The notes beneath the pieces were generated by a model, which saw only the letters and a program-made list of their open reading frames with translations, did not search any database and had not been told where the DNA came from. The position numbers were made by a program, and so were the translations under genes. A stretch of DNA of 64,000 nucleotides from Candidatus Latescibacterota bacterium (GTDB lineage: Bacteria > Latescibacterota > UBA2968 > UBA8231), in assembly GCA_965217585.1 (NCBI GenBank), contig OZ244561.1:2112001-2176000 (forward strand). Reading direction: 5' to 3'. Below, in pieces: positions 48,074 to 57,626 of the stretch (positions are counted from its first letter, which is position 1; the number at the start of each line of letters is the position of its first letter).

Positions 48074-50689
48074 TTAAAATTTTATCGTTTTCTTGTCATT
48101 ACCGCGTATGATGGTAACAACACCACTATTATACTTCGAGAGCATATAAGGGCTTTGGAAAACATTTTTCGGCGTATAATCGACGTACTCCCCGCCAATC
48201 GTTGGTATATCACGCGCGCAACCGTTAAAAACCAATTCCTTAGCATCAGGGCTACTGCCCTTATAGACTACGATATCGTAACGAGGTACAAGTGTACCAA
48301 GAAGCGTAATTTTATTGCTGAGGATTTTTTCCTGGAAGTTTTCAAAGTTGCCATAGTTTTCTCTTCTGCCGGTTTCAATAATAACAGGGCTGTGCTTGTC
48401 ATTGAGCTTGGCGATTGACTTTTCCTTATTCCAGGTGTAAGAGTCAATTGAAATATCAAGTTCTCTGGTTCTTGGCGGCAGGCTCGCGCCACGTTTGCCG
48501 GCGTCCCAAACTTTTTGAAACTCTGCTGAGACTCTGCCGCTAAGAGGCCGTACTGCAACGAAGGCATTACCTTTTTTCGTAAAAATCCAACCATCTCTTT
48601 CGACGATAGTTTCAACACCGTTAAAGACGATACCTACATCAGCGCCAAGACCAAACATAAACTTCGTATCAGCAGTGTCATATTCTGGGAACCACGTCGG
48701 GTCAATACGAAAAACACTTCGAGCAGATTGTGTTATCAGAACGTCTTTGTGCTGAACACTGCGGTATAACCCCATGCCATATTTGCCGACATACCTCATA
48801 TTTGCCCATTTTTCAGGGTCTGAAGTGTCAATAGTTTGAGGGTACACTCCGTTGTAATTGTAGCTTGAGATCGGATTGGCCGCACCAAAGATAACGCCGT
48901 TCCAACGTCCATGAAGGCTCAGATGGCTGTGTACCGCATCTGGCGGGTCCATCTGTGTGCCGATAACGTAATCTGGTGTAACCCAGCTATAACGTAAGAA
49001 TCGAGACTCGGTATCGCACATTAAAGACCACTCATTGCCCAGAGGCCTTGGCCATACATTTTCTTCTTCGCCAGGCCTTCTTGAAACAAACTCGAACTCG
49101 CCAAGCGACTCTCTGTCTAATGCCAATGCCCAAAGCAGAGGATCTGGCTCATAAGCTCCCATTATCATATTTCGCATCTGCGGGTAGGGCAAAGAACCTG
49201 CCGAACCCATACAAAAGTTAAAAAAGTCACGCAAACCTGTTCTGCTGCTCCAGCGGGTTGTAGCACCGCCTGGTAAGCCTGATACTTCATCTTGAGCCCA
49301 GTCAGCCCACATTATATCAAGAATGTTGTTGGCATACTTGCGAATTTTAGAATCCGCAGCGTAGGTGACGAGCTCGTTCATGGCGGAGGTTTGCAATCTC
49401 ATATAACCCGAAGAGCGCACCTCGACCCAAAGGCCTTTCCGGGCTCTATCTGGCAGGTAGTTATGGAAAAACTTGACCCATGCCTCGTAATGGTCTTTTG
49501 CAGTGTATTTTTTGCCATCGCTCCAGTCAGCTCTGCCTCCCAGCACTCCAGAATGCTTGCCATAACCGTAAGCTCCGCCCTGACCAAGGTTCGGGTAGAC
49601 CCTGTCCTTGAAATCGGGGTGGTTCATGAAAATCTGTGAGGTAAAAAGAGCGCCTAGTTTGAAAACAAGGTCATGGTTCTCGCTACCCTGAAGCCACCAT
49701 GTGTTTTTGCGCGACAGTGCGATGTCGTTGGCGATTTTCCAGGCATCCCACAGATTTTCAAGAAGAAGTCTTTCTGTTTCAGGGTAAAGCTTGCCCTTTG
49801 CAATGCGACCATTGCTTCCATAATCAAAAACAAGATTATACGACCTGCAGCCCTCATAGAGCGGTGTGCCAAAAAGGTTTTCATTTTCCTCTGGGTCGCT
49901 CATCAGTTTGACCATTAAAGCATTGGCCTCATCAAGCCTTTCACCAAGCTCTATCAGAGCCTCGGCTTGATGAAACTTTGTCACTTCGTAGGTCTTGCTC
50001 TGATGCGATAACAGTTCGCGAAAAGCGAAGGCATTACGAGCTTGTCTGGTTTCTCTGGCCTCTGCAATTCTCTGGCTCAAAAGTTTGTCCGTTACGCCAA
50101 CGATATGACCGCTGGAAGCGTTTTGATAGTACACCTCATCGAACCATACCTTATCACCCGTTGCCAGCTTCAAGGCAACTTCACAGCCTGCTATGCCACT
50201 ATTGAAGTCAAAAGCACTCTGTGATTTGAAGTCTGACAGCGGTACAACAATCTCCTGCCACTGGTCATTGCAGTTAAAATCGGACAAAAGGTAAGAAGCT
50301 TTATTGCCGTTGGTATCGAGCAGTATGAGTGAAACTTTTTCTGCTCCGCTTTGAGCCCTAAGCAGCAGGTGCAAGCTGTAATCTGCGTTAATGCCCCAAC
50401 GATCAAACCATGGCCCAGGTGTGAAACCGATTTTGCGGAGGTTGTCATTCTTTGCCTCAAAGACGACACTGAAATCGCCAGACTTTTTATTCACATAATC
50501 CCGGGTAAAGTTTCGCAGGTTATCGCCCTTGCCGAATTGCATGTCCTTTTGCCCGTCTTTGTTATCAACAATCTCCTGATCAGGGCTTACCGCATTAAAG
50601 AGCCTTAGAGCTTCGTCATAAAACTCAAACTTCTGTGTGTCAATACATTCAAAAGCGAAGACGCCGGAACAAACCAGTAGATCTGTCAT
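48074..50689 (-). CDS. Large low-GC hypothetical protein (CBM-like N-terminus plus putative lyase-like domain); 5' end disrupted by IS630
   Basis: 871-aa ORF; WQEIVVPLSDF...VWFDEV CBM-like pattern; GSENH and EVRSSGY motifs. Confidence 0.75.
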   Translation of the reverse strand: MTDLLVCSGVFAFECIDTQKFEFYDEALRLFNAVSPDQEIVDNKDGQKDMQFGKGDNLRNFTRDYVNKKSGDFSVVFEAKNDNLRKIGFTPGPWFDRWGINADYSLHLLLRAQSGAEKVSLILLDTNGNKASYLLSDFNCNDQWQEIVVPLSDFKSQSAFDFNSGIAGCEVALKLATGDKVWFDEVYYQNASSGHIVGVTDKLLSQRIAEARETRQARNAFAFRELLSHQSKTYEVTKFHQAEALIELGERLDEANALMVKLMSDPEENENLFGTPLYEGCRSYNLVFDYGSNGRIAKGKLYPETERLLLENLWDAWKIANDIALSRKNTWWLQGSENHDLVFKLGALFTSQIFMNHPDFKDRVYPNLGQGGAYGYGKHSGVLGGRADWSDGKKYTAKDHYEAWVKFFHNYLPDRARKGLWVEVRSSGYMRLQTSAMNELVTYAADSKIRKYANNILDIMWADWAQDEVSGLPGGATTRWSSRTGLRDFFNFCMGSAGSLPYPQMRNMIMGAYEPDPLLWALALDRESLGEFEFVSRRPGEEENVWPRPLGNEWSLMCDTESRFLRYSWVTPDYVIGTQMDPPDAVHSHLSLHGRWNGVIFGAANPISSYNYNGVYPQTIDTSDPEKWANMRYVGKYGMGLYRSVQHKDVLITQSARSVFRIDPTWFPEYDTADTKFMFGLGADVGIVFNGVETIVERDGWIFTKKGNAFVAVRPLSGRVSAEFQKVWDAGKRGASLPPRTRELDISIDSYTWNKEKSIAKLNDKHSPVIIETGRRENYGNFENFQEKILSNKITLLGTLVPRYDIVVYKGSSPDAKELVFNGCARDIPTIGGEYVDYTPKNVFQSPYMLSKYNSGVVTIIRGNDKKTIKF

Positions 50690-50691
50690 TA

Positions 50692-51758
50692 TTGAGGTTC
50701 ACCAAAGTTTGTTTACGGTTAGTTGTGCATGATGGAAGAAGCCCAGTATCATATCTGGCCGATGGCGTAAGCGTGCGAACTGTCGATCGACATGTCGTTG
50801 CATGGCCTCGACGGTATCCCAGGTGCTGTTGCGCAGATGCTGTTTGACGGTGCCATGACAGAATTCTTCTGGATTGATTTCGGGGGCATACGGCGGCAGC
50901 CATTCGACCCGGATTTCAGGATGCTCCTGTAGATAGTCTTTGACCGGTTGGGCGCGATGGGCCGACAGCCGATCCCAAATCAAAATAAACCCGGTTCCTA
51001 CCCATCGCCGCACATGGTGGAGGGCGCGGACTACTTGGGCGGCACCAATGGAGCCGCGAAAATGGCGTTTGTAGATTTTACCGCGCAGGGTCAACGCCAC
51101 CACACTAGAAAGCACCCGGCGTTGCCGTTTAACCCGCCGGATCACCGGCGGGCATCCGATAGGAGCCCACGTGGTGGTTAGCTTCTCGGTAAACGAAAAG
51201 CCGCATTCATCCAAAAAGACCACATCCACCTTAAGCCGACGGGCTTTTTTTTATCCGAGGCCAATCGCACTTCAGCCACGTTTCGACGCGGGCATCATCC
51301 CGTTCCAAGGCGCGATCAACGGGTTGTTGCACACTAAAGCCGAGTTGGTGGAGCAAGCGGGCTAGATAGTGGGGATGATAGGTAATGGCAAAGTCGCGCT
51401 CGATAAGCTGCTGGACTCTTTTGAGCGTCCAGCGATCGGTCGCAAACCCCGCACGTAGGGCCCCCTGTTGGAGGCGCTGCTTCAGTTGGTGCTTTTGCCG
51501 GAGGCTCAACTTCGACGGGCGTCCACAAGGCGTCCGCCGGTGCAGCCCAACCACTCCATCGGTGCGCAACCGCTGGGCCCATTTCGATACGGCCATGCGA
51601 CTGACGCCCAACTGCCGAGCAATCGCCGCTTGCGACAAGCGGCCTTCTTGCAAAAGCCGAGCCCCGGCAAGGCGGCGCTCTTCTAACTGGGCACGGGTCA
51701 AATGAGTAGGAGTCCAAGTCATAAACGTATAATGTAAACCAATTTTAGTGAATGTCAA
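50692..51758 (-). mobile_element. IS630-family insertion sequence (1067 bp) with TA target duplication
   Basis: Imperfect 25-bp TIRs TTGAGGTTCACCAAAGTTTGTTTAC / TTGACATTCACTAAAATTGGTTTAC; TA at 50690-50691 and 51759-51760. Confidence 0.92.
50699..51722 (-). CDS. IS630 transposase split into HTH and DDE ORFs at an A8 tract
   Basis: HTH ORF (start 51722) ends WPRIKK; DDE ORF has FLDE, LIWD, LPPYAPEINPEE; A8 at 51245-51252. Confidence 0.9.
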
Positions 51759-51796
51759 TAATACCGCAACGCGTTTGCTGATTTAACTCGCCCCTT

Positions 51797-52581
51797 TCAA
51801 GAGATCCACACCGTTTTGTATGCAAAAAAAGGCTCCAGACCCATCTCGCCGTAGCGCCGGCCAATGCCGCTCTGCTTAAAACCACCCCAGGGTGTGCGAT
51901 GGCTCAGCATACTGGCACTATTAATGGTCACAACCCCCACTTCCAATCGCCGCACAAAATAGCGTTGTCGCTCAGGATCTAGAGTCCAGAGCGAAACGAG
52001 CAGTCCGTAGTCCGTATCGTTAGCCAACGCCAGCGCCTCGTCGTCGCTAGCAAACGTCAGCACGGATACAACCGGTCCGAAAATTTCGTCGCGGCAAACC
52101 GGACCGGACTGATCTGCAAAGGCAAAGGCCGTGGGCTCAAAATAGCAACCCTTCGCGTACTCGTCTCCCGGCGGATGTGCGCCACCAAACAGTAGAGACC
52201 CTTGTGCTTTTCCCATCTCGACGTAGCGCTCCACGCGCTCTACCGCCGCCTGGTCGATCAACATGCTGGGCCCTGCGGTCTGCGCCTTTTCTTTTAATAG
52301 AGCGATAAATTCGTCGCGCAGCGATTCGTGCAGCAAAACCCGACTTATTGCCGAGCACGCCTGCCCGGGGAAGGCCGATCCCACGGTCGCCGTCGCCGCT
52401 TCCACTCGGCATAAAATGCTTCGCGCGCAGCAGCAGCGGCCCGATCCACGTCGGCCCGACTGGCATCGGCGACTTCGGCGACTAATGTGCCGTCTACGGG
52501 GCTATACAGGGGATAGTAGCGTCCAGATGTTGGGGGACACATTTGGCCCCCGATCAGCAAATCGCTTTTTTTGACACTCAC
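51797..52581 (-). pseudogene. Aldehyde dehydrogenase with large internal deletion and frameshift
   Basis: N-terminus (LLIGGQ...DVDRAAAAAREAF) joined near 52400 to GQAC, DEIFGPV, PWGGFKQSGIGR; NAD-binding core absent. Confidence 0.85.
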
Positions 52582-52638
52582 TTTATCTTCTTCCTATTGA
52601 AACTCTACTTTTCTCACAACTTCACCGAGGAATCCACC

Positions 52639-54633
52639 TTGCCATCACCGCCGGCTCTGCCCGAAAATTACGACGCCGAGGCACACATGGTCACCCATCA
52701 GGTGCGCGGGCACATCTTTCACGCCACCATACCCTCGGCTCAACTGGCCTCCGAGCTGATGGCCAGCGGCGCACCCGCCGCCATCGCCGAAGCCACTCTC
52801 ATCTTTCGCGCCGTGCTCGCCTGCCAGGAAGTGCGGGACACCCAACCGCACCGCGGCAATTTTCGCTGGGAGCTGGAAGACGAAGTCGTCGAAGATCTCA
52901 ATGCCGTGCAGTTCGTGCTCTTTTATTGCATTCCCGTGCTGTGCAAAACATCAGACGCCCTGCCCCCGGACTTGGTCGCGGCTATGCGCCGCGCCGTCGC
53001 GCTGGGCCTGGAGGAAATCGCGCGCATCGACGTGGCCCCGGCCTATACCAACATCGTCCTCAAGGACATCGCCAACTCCTGCCTCGGCGGCCAGTTGTTG
53101 GGCGATAATAATATCGGCCGGCGCGGCCGGGAAAAACTGGTGCGCTGGATGGCGCACGTGGACACCTACGGCCTGCCTGCCGAATACAATAGCCCCAACT
53201 ACGTCTCTGTCGCCGTGCGCGTGCTGGGCCACCTGGCCGAACTGACAGAGGACAAACATACCCGCATCCGCGCCCGCACCATGCTCGCTCGTCTCGGCCT
53301 TTCCGCTGCGTTACACGTACACCCCGGCATCGGCTGCTGGGCCGGCCCCTTCAGCCGCGCCTATAGCCATGCCGTCTTTAACGCCGACGCCTTTAACGCC
53401 GATGACGTGCGCGCGTGGTTGGATGGCGGGCAGCTACCCGCCTGGATCGGCGACCTGCTGCAGCGGCCCGACGTGCCGCAGCAAATAGACGAAACGGCCC
53501 ATGGCGAAGAGCCCGTGGCGCTGAGCACCTATCACAGTCCCTCGTTCTGTCTGGGCGTGGCCTCTTGCGAACTGAAGACCCAGGAAGTCATCTTTATCGC
53601 CCTGCAGTCCAGCGTATTTCACGCGCAGTACCGGCTCCCGCATGGCGCGCGTTGCGGCGTGCTCTTTTCGCGTTATATACTCGACGACCAGTGGCTCAGC
53701 TTCCAGACGACGCCGTCGCGCGCGCCCGGACAGGTCGTTCCCGAAGAGGGCCACTTCTACGGCGTGCACGAGCGGGGTCGCGCCATCGGCCTCTACGCCC
53801 CGCGCGACCTGGACGCCTGGACGCGGCGTACCAGCGCCAAAGCCGTGCTCGTGTGGACCGAGATCGAGCAGGTCGACGAGATCTGGATCGGCCAGCACAA
53901 AGTAGATTCTCTGCCGGCGGCAGTGCCCCGGGGCAAGGTGGTCGTCGTCGGCAGCGGTGCCCTGTGGACTGCCGTCCAGCCGCTCGAGTTGACCGATCTG
54001 GGCGGCGGTGCCCCCATCCGCTTGGTCGAACTGGACGGTCATCTGGCCCTGGAGATGTACAACTATACGGGACCGGCCAAGACTTTCTGGGAAATGGCCA
54101 AACCCGGCTCCTTTTACCAGGGCCAACCCCGCTGCGGTTTCTACGCCGAACTGGCCGAGCGCACCGACTACGCCAGCGGTGCCAATTTTGCCGCCGAGGT
54201 AGCGAGCGGCGCGCTCGTCGACGAGGCGGCCCCGCCCGCCACCTATACCGCGGGTGGCGAGCGCGCGCTCCGCGTGGAGTACGCGCGCGACGACCGCATA
54301 CTCGGCATCGAAGTCGATCTGTATGAGTGGTCGCTAAAGCGGCGTTGGACCCAGGACGGCTCCCTAAACTGGCCCATGCATGAGTCGCCCTACGCCCGAC
54401 AGAGCGCTTCCGGACAGGTCTCCATCGGCGGTGCCACTCTCACCTGCGACAAGGGCCCGATATGGCTCTGCGCCTGCCCGGGGGGCAAAAGGTATGTTGC
54501 CGCCTACAGCGGAATCGGGATGACCTCGTTAAGATTGGAGGTGTCCGGCGATGTAGTCGAGCTAGCTGAAGTGGGCGCGGGCACGGTGATTTGGGACGAG
54601 GGCCAAGTAAAAATAGAAGCCATATTGCCCTGA
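52639..54633 (+). CDS. Hypothetical protein, putative heparinase II/III-like (alpha-toroid plus beta-sandwich)
   Basis: TTG start with GAGGA RBS; EYNSPNY and AGPFSRAY motifs shared with 58739-60622; fold is inference. Confidence 0.7.
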   Translation: MPSPPALPENYDAEAHMVTHQVRGHIFHATIPSAQLASELMASGAPAAIAEATLIFRAVLACQEVRDTQPHRGNFRWELEDEVVEDLNAVQFVLFYCIPVLCKTSDALPPDLVAAMRRAVALGLEEIARIDVAPAYTNIVLKDIANSCLGGQLLGDNNIGRRGREKLVRWMAHVDTYGLPAEYNSPNYVSVAVRVLGHLAELTEDKHTRIRARTMLARLGLSAALHVHPGIGCWAGPFSRAYSHAVFNADAFNADDVRAWLDGGQLPAWIGDLLQRPDVPQQIDETAHGEEPVALSTYHSPSFCLGVASCELKTQEVIFIALQSSVFHAQYRLPHGARCGVLFSRYILDDQWLSFQTTPSRAPGQVVPEEGHFYGVHERGRAIGLYAPRDLDAWTRRTSAKAVLVWTEIEQVDEIWIGQHKVDSLPAAVPRGKVVVVGSGALWTAVQPLELTDLGGGAPIRLVELDGHLALEMYNYTGPAKTFWEMAKPGSFYQGQPRCGFYAELAERTDYASGANFAAEVASGALVDEAAPPATYTAGGERALRVEYARDDRILGIEVDLYEWSLKRRWTQDGSLNWPMHESPYARQSASGQVSIGGATLTCDKGPIWLCACPGGKRYVAAYSGIGMTSLRLEVSGDVVELAEVGAGTVIWDEGQVKIEAILP

Positions 54634-54682
54634 TTCGGCTGCCGAACGGATCGAAGCAGGCTCGGTGAGAGCGTTTTTGACA

Positions 54683-54900
54683 CTACTTGGCCCGTCGCTG
54701 CTTTGCCAACCACTCCCACAGGTCAGGATCGCTGTATGCATTTTGCCACGCCTCCACGTGGCCCCCTTCGGGGTACACAGTAAAGCGGACATTGCCTCCG
54801 GCAGCCTTGAGAGCATCAACCATCTCCTGTGATTGTTTCAACGGCACTGCCTCGTCTTGCGCACCGTGGAAAACCCAGGTCGGGACCTCCTTTCCGCACA
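54683..54900 (-). pseudogene. C-terminal fragment of a COG4099-like peptidase/esterase
   Basis: VPTWVFHGAQDEAVP...FTVYPEGGH...WEWL; 5' boundary approximate. Confidence 0.7.
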
Positions 54901-54952
54901 GCGGGTTGCCGAAGGCCAAGGCGGTGTAGCTGCCGCAGCGCAACACCGAGGT

Positions 54953-55239
54953 GTTAGACGTTGCGCGGTGCTATTTGTCAAATGGTAAATACAGACTGCA
55001 CCGACACCCCAGGGGCTCCAGCATCCGATCTCTGCAAGCCGGTCCTTCGTACTCTCAAAATCCTGTCGCTCAATGTCAATGTCAATGATTGGCTTGGCGG
55101 TCATTCCGGAGATAGATGTGCTACCGACATGCTCGATGCTGCAACATCTTCCTGACAAAACAGAGTCAAAACGGTGTCGCAACTCTTCGAACCATGAAGG
55201 CCAGGTCGGATCATAGTGCTTTACCAAAGTAACTGACAT
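54953..55239 (-). pseudogene. GrpB-family cassette gene, internally deleted
   Basis: YDPTWPSWF, IEHVGSTSISGMTAKPIIDID; bounded by complementary GTTAGACG/CGTCTAAC cores. Confidence 0.8.
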
Positions 55240-55257
55240 GATTCAATTGACCGCGTT

Positions 55258-55344
55258 GCGTCTAACGTTTTCGCCATGCCCGAACCGCGAAGCGGTTGCG
55301 CAAAGGCGCACCAGCACCCAAGCCAGGCACGGGGTGTTATACGC
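55258..55344 (-). repeat. Nearly complete attC-like recombination site
   Basis: Minus: GCGTATAAC ACCCCGTGCC...GGCATGGCGAAAAC GTTAGACGC; inner GTGCC/GGCAT stem; ATG about 20 nt downstream. Confidence 0.75.
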
Positions 55345-55414
55345 CGTATGGTTACTCATGCCGAGCAACCAGTTTCTCCCTCAGTTTGATCGCTGTTTCG
55401 TACGCATCTGCAAG

Positions 55415-55482
55415 AAACCCGAAGCCGCAAGGCGGTTTCTGCGGAGCGAAGCGAAGCCGGGCACGGGCGTGTTAAGCGAAGG
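55415..55482 (-). repeat. attC-like half site (R'' end plus loop)
   Basis: Minus CTTCGCTTAACACGCCCGTGCCCGGCTTCGCTTCGCTCC; GCTTAAC core lies 18 nt after the LLM fragment stop. Confidence 0.65.
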
Positions 55483-55495
55483 TGCACTTTCCTTA

Positions 55496-55702
55496 TCATC
55501 GGAAACGCGGGATGACACAATCGGCAAAGAGCCTCATCGACTGCTCCGCCAACTCATGATCAATGTTGCCCCATTTGAACCAGCATATTACCTCTTCCAC
55601 ATCAAGAATCTCCCTGTGCATTATATGACGCTGTTCAAAATCGGCACCGTACAGAGAAAACTCATAGGGAGACCCGGCTGCCCACATTATTGGCTGAGGC
55701 AC
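55496..55702 (-). pseudogene. LLM-class flavin-dependent oxidoreductase remnant
   Basis: PQPIMWAAGSP and EQSMRLFADCVIPRFR C-terminus; only 68 aa. Confidence 0.55.
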
Positions 55703-55897
55703 ACCCGTTGCCGAGTGGCGATTCGGTCATCATCGTCAGCCGTGCCTTTCGTCAGAATAGCGAATTGGACCACCATTAGAATCAAAGAGTTTGTGTGGAT
55801 AATCGCAACCAATCCCGCGAGGCTGGAATGTTCTACGTAACTCCTTGCGATAACTTGAGATAGCACGATTCTTCTGAGATCTGACGCGCCTAGCACC

Positions 55898-55926
55898 GCC
55901 GAGCAAAACGAGTTGTTAAGCGAAGG
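55898..55926 (-). repeat. attC-like half site (R'' end)
   Basis: TGTTAAGCGAAGG identical to 55470-55482. Confidence 0.6.
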
Positions 55927-56138
55927 AAGAAATGGTACCGCTCCTCCTTTCGCATCGCCTCAACGATACTTATTATGCTAAGTCATAAAGTCATAGGGAG
56001 ATCCGCTCCTTAGGAAATCTCAGCGGATGTTCGTAACGGTGGTCTCCTGAGCATCTGAGGAGTTGAAGTTTAGGCGCAGACTGTAGGGCATCAGGCGACA
56101 AATATCGCTATCGAGTGAGCCATGGGAAGGAGAGCCTT

Positions 56139-57626
56139 ATGAGACGACGCAGGACGATCTACCACAACGACGCGCGGCACTCGTACCTGTGGCACTTCGA
56201 GCCGCCCATGCGCCTCGAGGACGCCTGGATACCCATCGACGAGGTTGCGGGTACAGCCGTCGACACCTTCAGCTACTGCGTCGAGCGCGGCGACGGTACC
56301 TTCTACCCCACGAAGGTGGGGAAGATGTTCGCCGTCGAGGACGGCAAGCCGCAGTCGAAGAACAATTACGAGTGGCGGGCGGCGGCGTGCATGCTCAGCC
56401 TGATGGAGCGCGGCCTCGACCCGCTGCGGGTGCTCGTCGATCGCGCTCACGAGCACGGCCTGGACTTCATCGCCGATCTGCGCCTGCAGCGGCTCGGCGG
56501 CATGTACCCGGAGCTCGAAATCGAGCACGGCGGTGCCGGCTGGGCCGAGGAGCGCGTCCGGGACCTCAAGTACGATGTGCTGCGCGAGCTCGCCACCGAA
56601 TACCCCATCCAGGGTGTCGAGCTGGATTTCACGGCAGCCTTCAGCGAGAGCGGGTACTTCTACTTCAACGACGGAGGGACTCCCGAAAACACGGCGGCCA
56701 TGACCGAGTGGGTGCGGCGCTCAGCGGAGATGGTGCGCTCGCGGCCGGGCGAGCCGAGCCTGGTGGGTGCCCGGATCTTCCCCACGGAGCAGGGCAACCT
56801 CGAGCAGGGCCTCGACGTGAGGACGTGGCTCGGCGAAGGGCTGCTCGACTTCGTCGTGCCGGTGGCCTACATCTACACCGTTCTCGATCCCGACATGCCC
56901 TTCGACTGGGTGGTCGGGCCGGCCCACGACGCGGGTGCCTCCGTCTACGGATTCCTGCAGCACTACACGCAGGACAACGTCGTCGGTGCCAGCGGAAGGC
57001 GGCACCCCAACCTGGAGCACTTCCGGGCCGCCGCGGCCAACTACTGGGAGAAGGGTGTCGACGGCCTGTACACCTGGATGATGGACTGGCCCCTCGGCGA
57101 CGCGGAGCGCAACATCCTCACCATGATCGGCTCGCCGCAGCTCGTCCGCGGGCGCGACAAGCGCTATGCCCTAGCCCGCAAGTACGACGGCGCGGCCCGG
57201 GTCGACTATCGCCACCATATCCCGCACGAGCTTTCCCCGCCCCTCCCCACCGCGGCCCACGAAATCCCCTTCACCATCGCCGACGACATCGCCGCGGCCG
57301 ACAGCCGCGTCAGCGGGACGACGCTGCGCATCTACCTGACCAACGTCGTATCCGCGGACCGGTTCAACATCGCCCTGAACGGACACTCGCTGGCCGGCGA
57401 GACGTGCCGCCGTGTCTGGAAGCAGGACGACGCCTATCCCTACACCAACCCGCGGAACCACTGGCTGGAGTTCGATCTCGTCGACTGCGTGCCCCGCAAG
57501 GGCGGGAACCTCCTAGAGGTGTCGCTGGAGAGCCGGCCGGCCGGTCTGACCGGAAGCGTCACCATCCAGGAGGTCGAGGTGGAGGTGCGCTATAGCCCGT
57601 ATCCGCTGGGGCTGGGAGGTGAGTGA
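56139..57626 (+). CDS. Glycoside hydrolase-like TIM-barrel protein with C-terminal beta-sandwich
   Basis: IYHNDA, DPLRVLVDRAHEHGL, QGVELDF, GVDGLY; AAGGAG RBS. Confidence 0.7.
   Translation: MRRRRTIYHNDARHSYLWHFEPPMRLEDAWIPIDEVAGTAVDTFSYCVERGDGTFYPTKVGKMFAVEDGKPQSKNNYEWRAAACMLSLMERGLDPLRVLVDRAHEHGLDFIADLRLQRLGGMYPELEIEHGGAGWAEERVRDLKYDVLRELATEYPIQGVELDFTAAFSESGYFYFNDGGTPENTAAMTEWVRRSAEMVRSRPGEPSLVGARIFPTEQGNLEQGLDVRTWLGEGLLDFVVPVAYIYTVLDPDMPFDWVVGPAHDAGASVYGFLQHYTQDNVVGASGRRHPNLEHFRAAAANYWEKGVDGLYTWMMDWPLGDAERNILTMIGSPQLVRGRDKRYALARKYDGAARVDYRHHIPHELSPPLPTAAHEIPFTIADDIAAADSRVSGTTLRIYLTNVVSADRFNIALNGHSLAGETCRRVWKQDDAYPYTNPRNHWLEFDLVDCVPRKGGNLLEVSLESRPAGLTGSVTIQEVEVEVRYSPYPLGLGGE

Noticed and set aside
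55997-56047. Riboswitch upstream of the GH-like gene
   Set aside because: GGAGA/TCTCC and ATCCGCT/AGCGGAT stems exist but match no aptamer I recognise; an Rfam scan would be needed
41000-56100. Complete integron or prophage
   Set aside because: No tyrosine recombinase, attI context or phage genes in the window
56189-57595. 468-aa overlapping ORF (and similar long alternates at 2814-3821, 19999-21066, 53415-54326, 57767-58723)
   Set aside because: Arg/Pro/Gly-rich or antisense shadows of well-supported genes in GC-rich DNA
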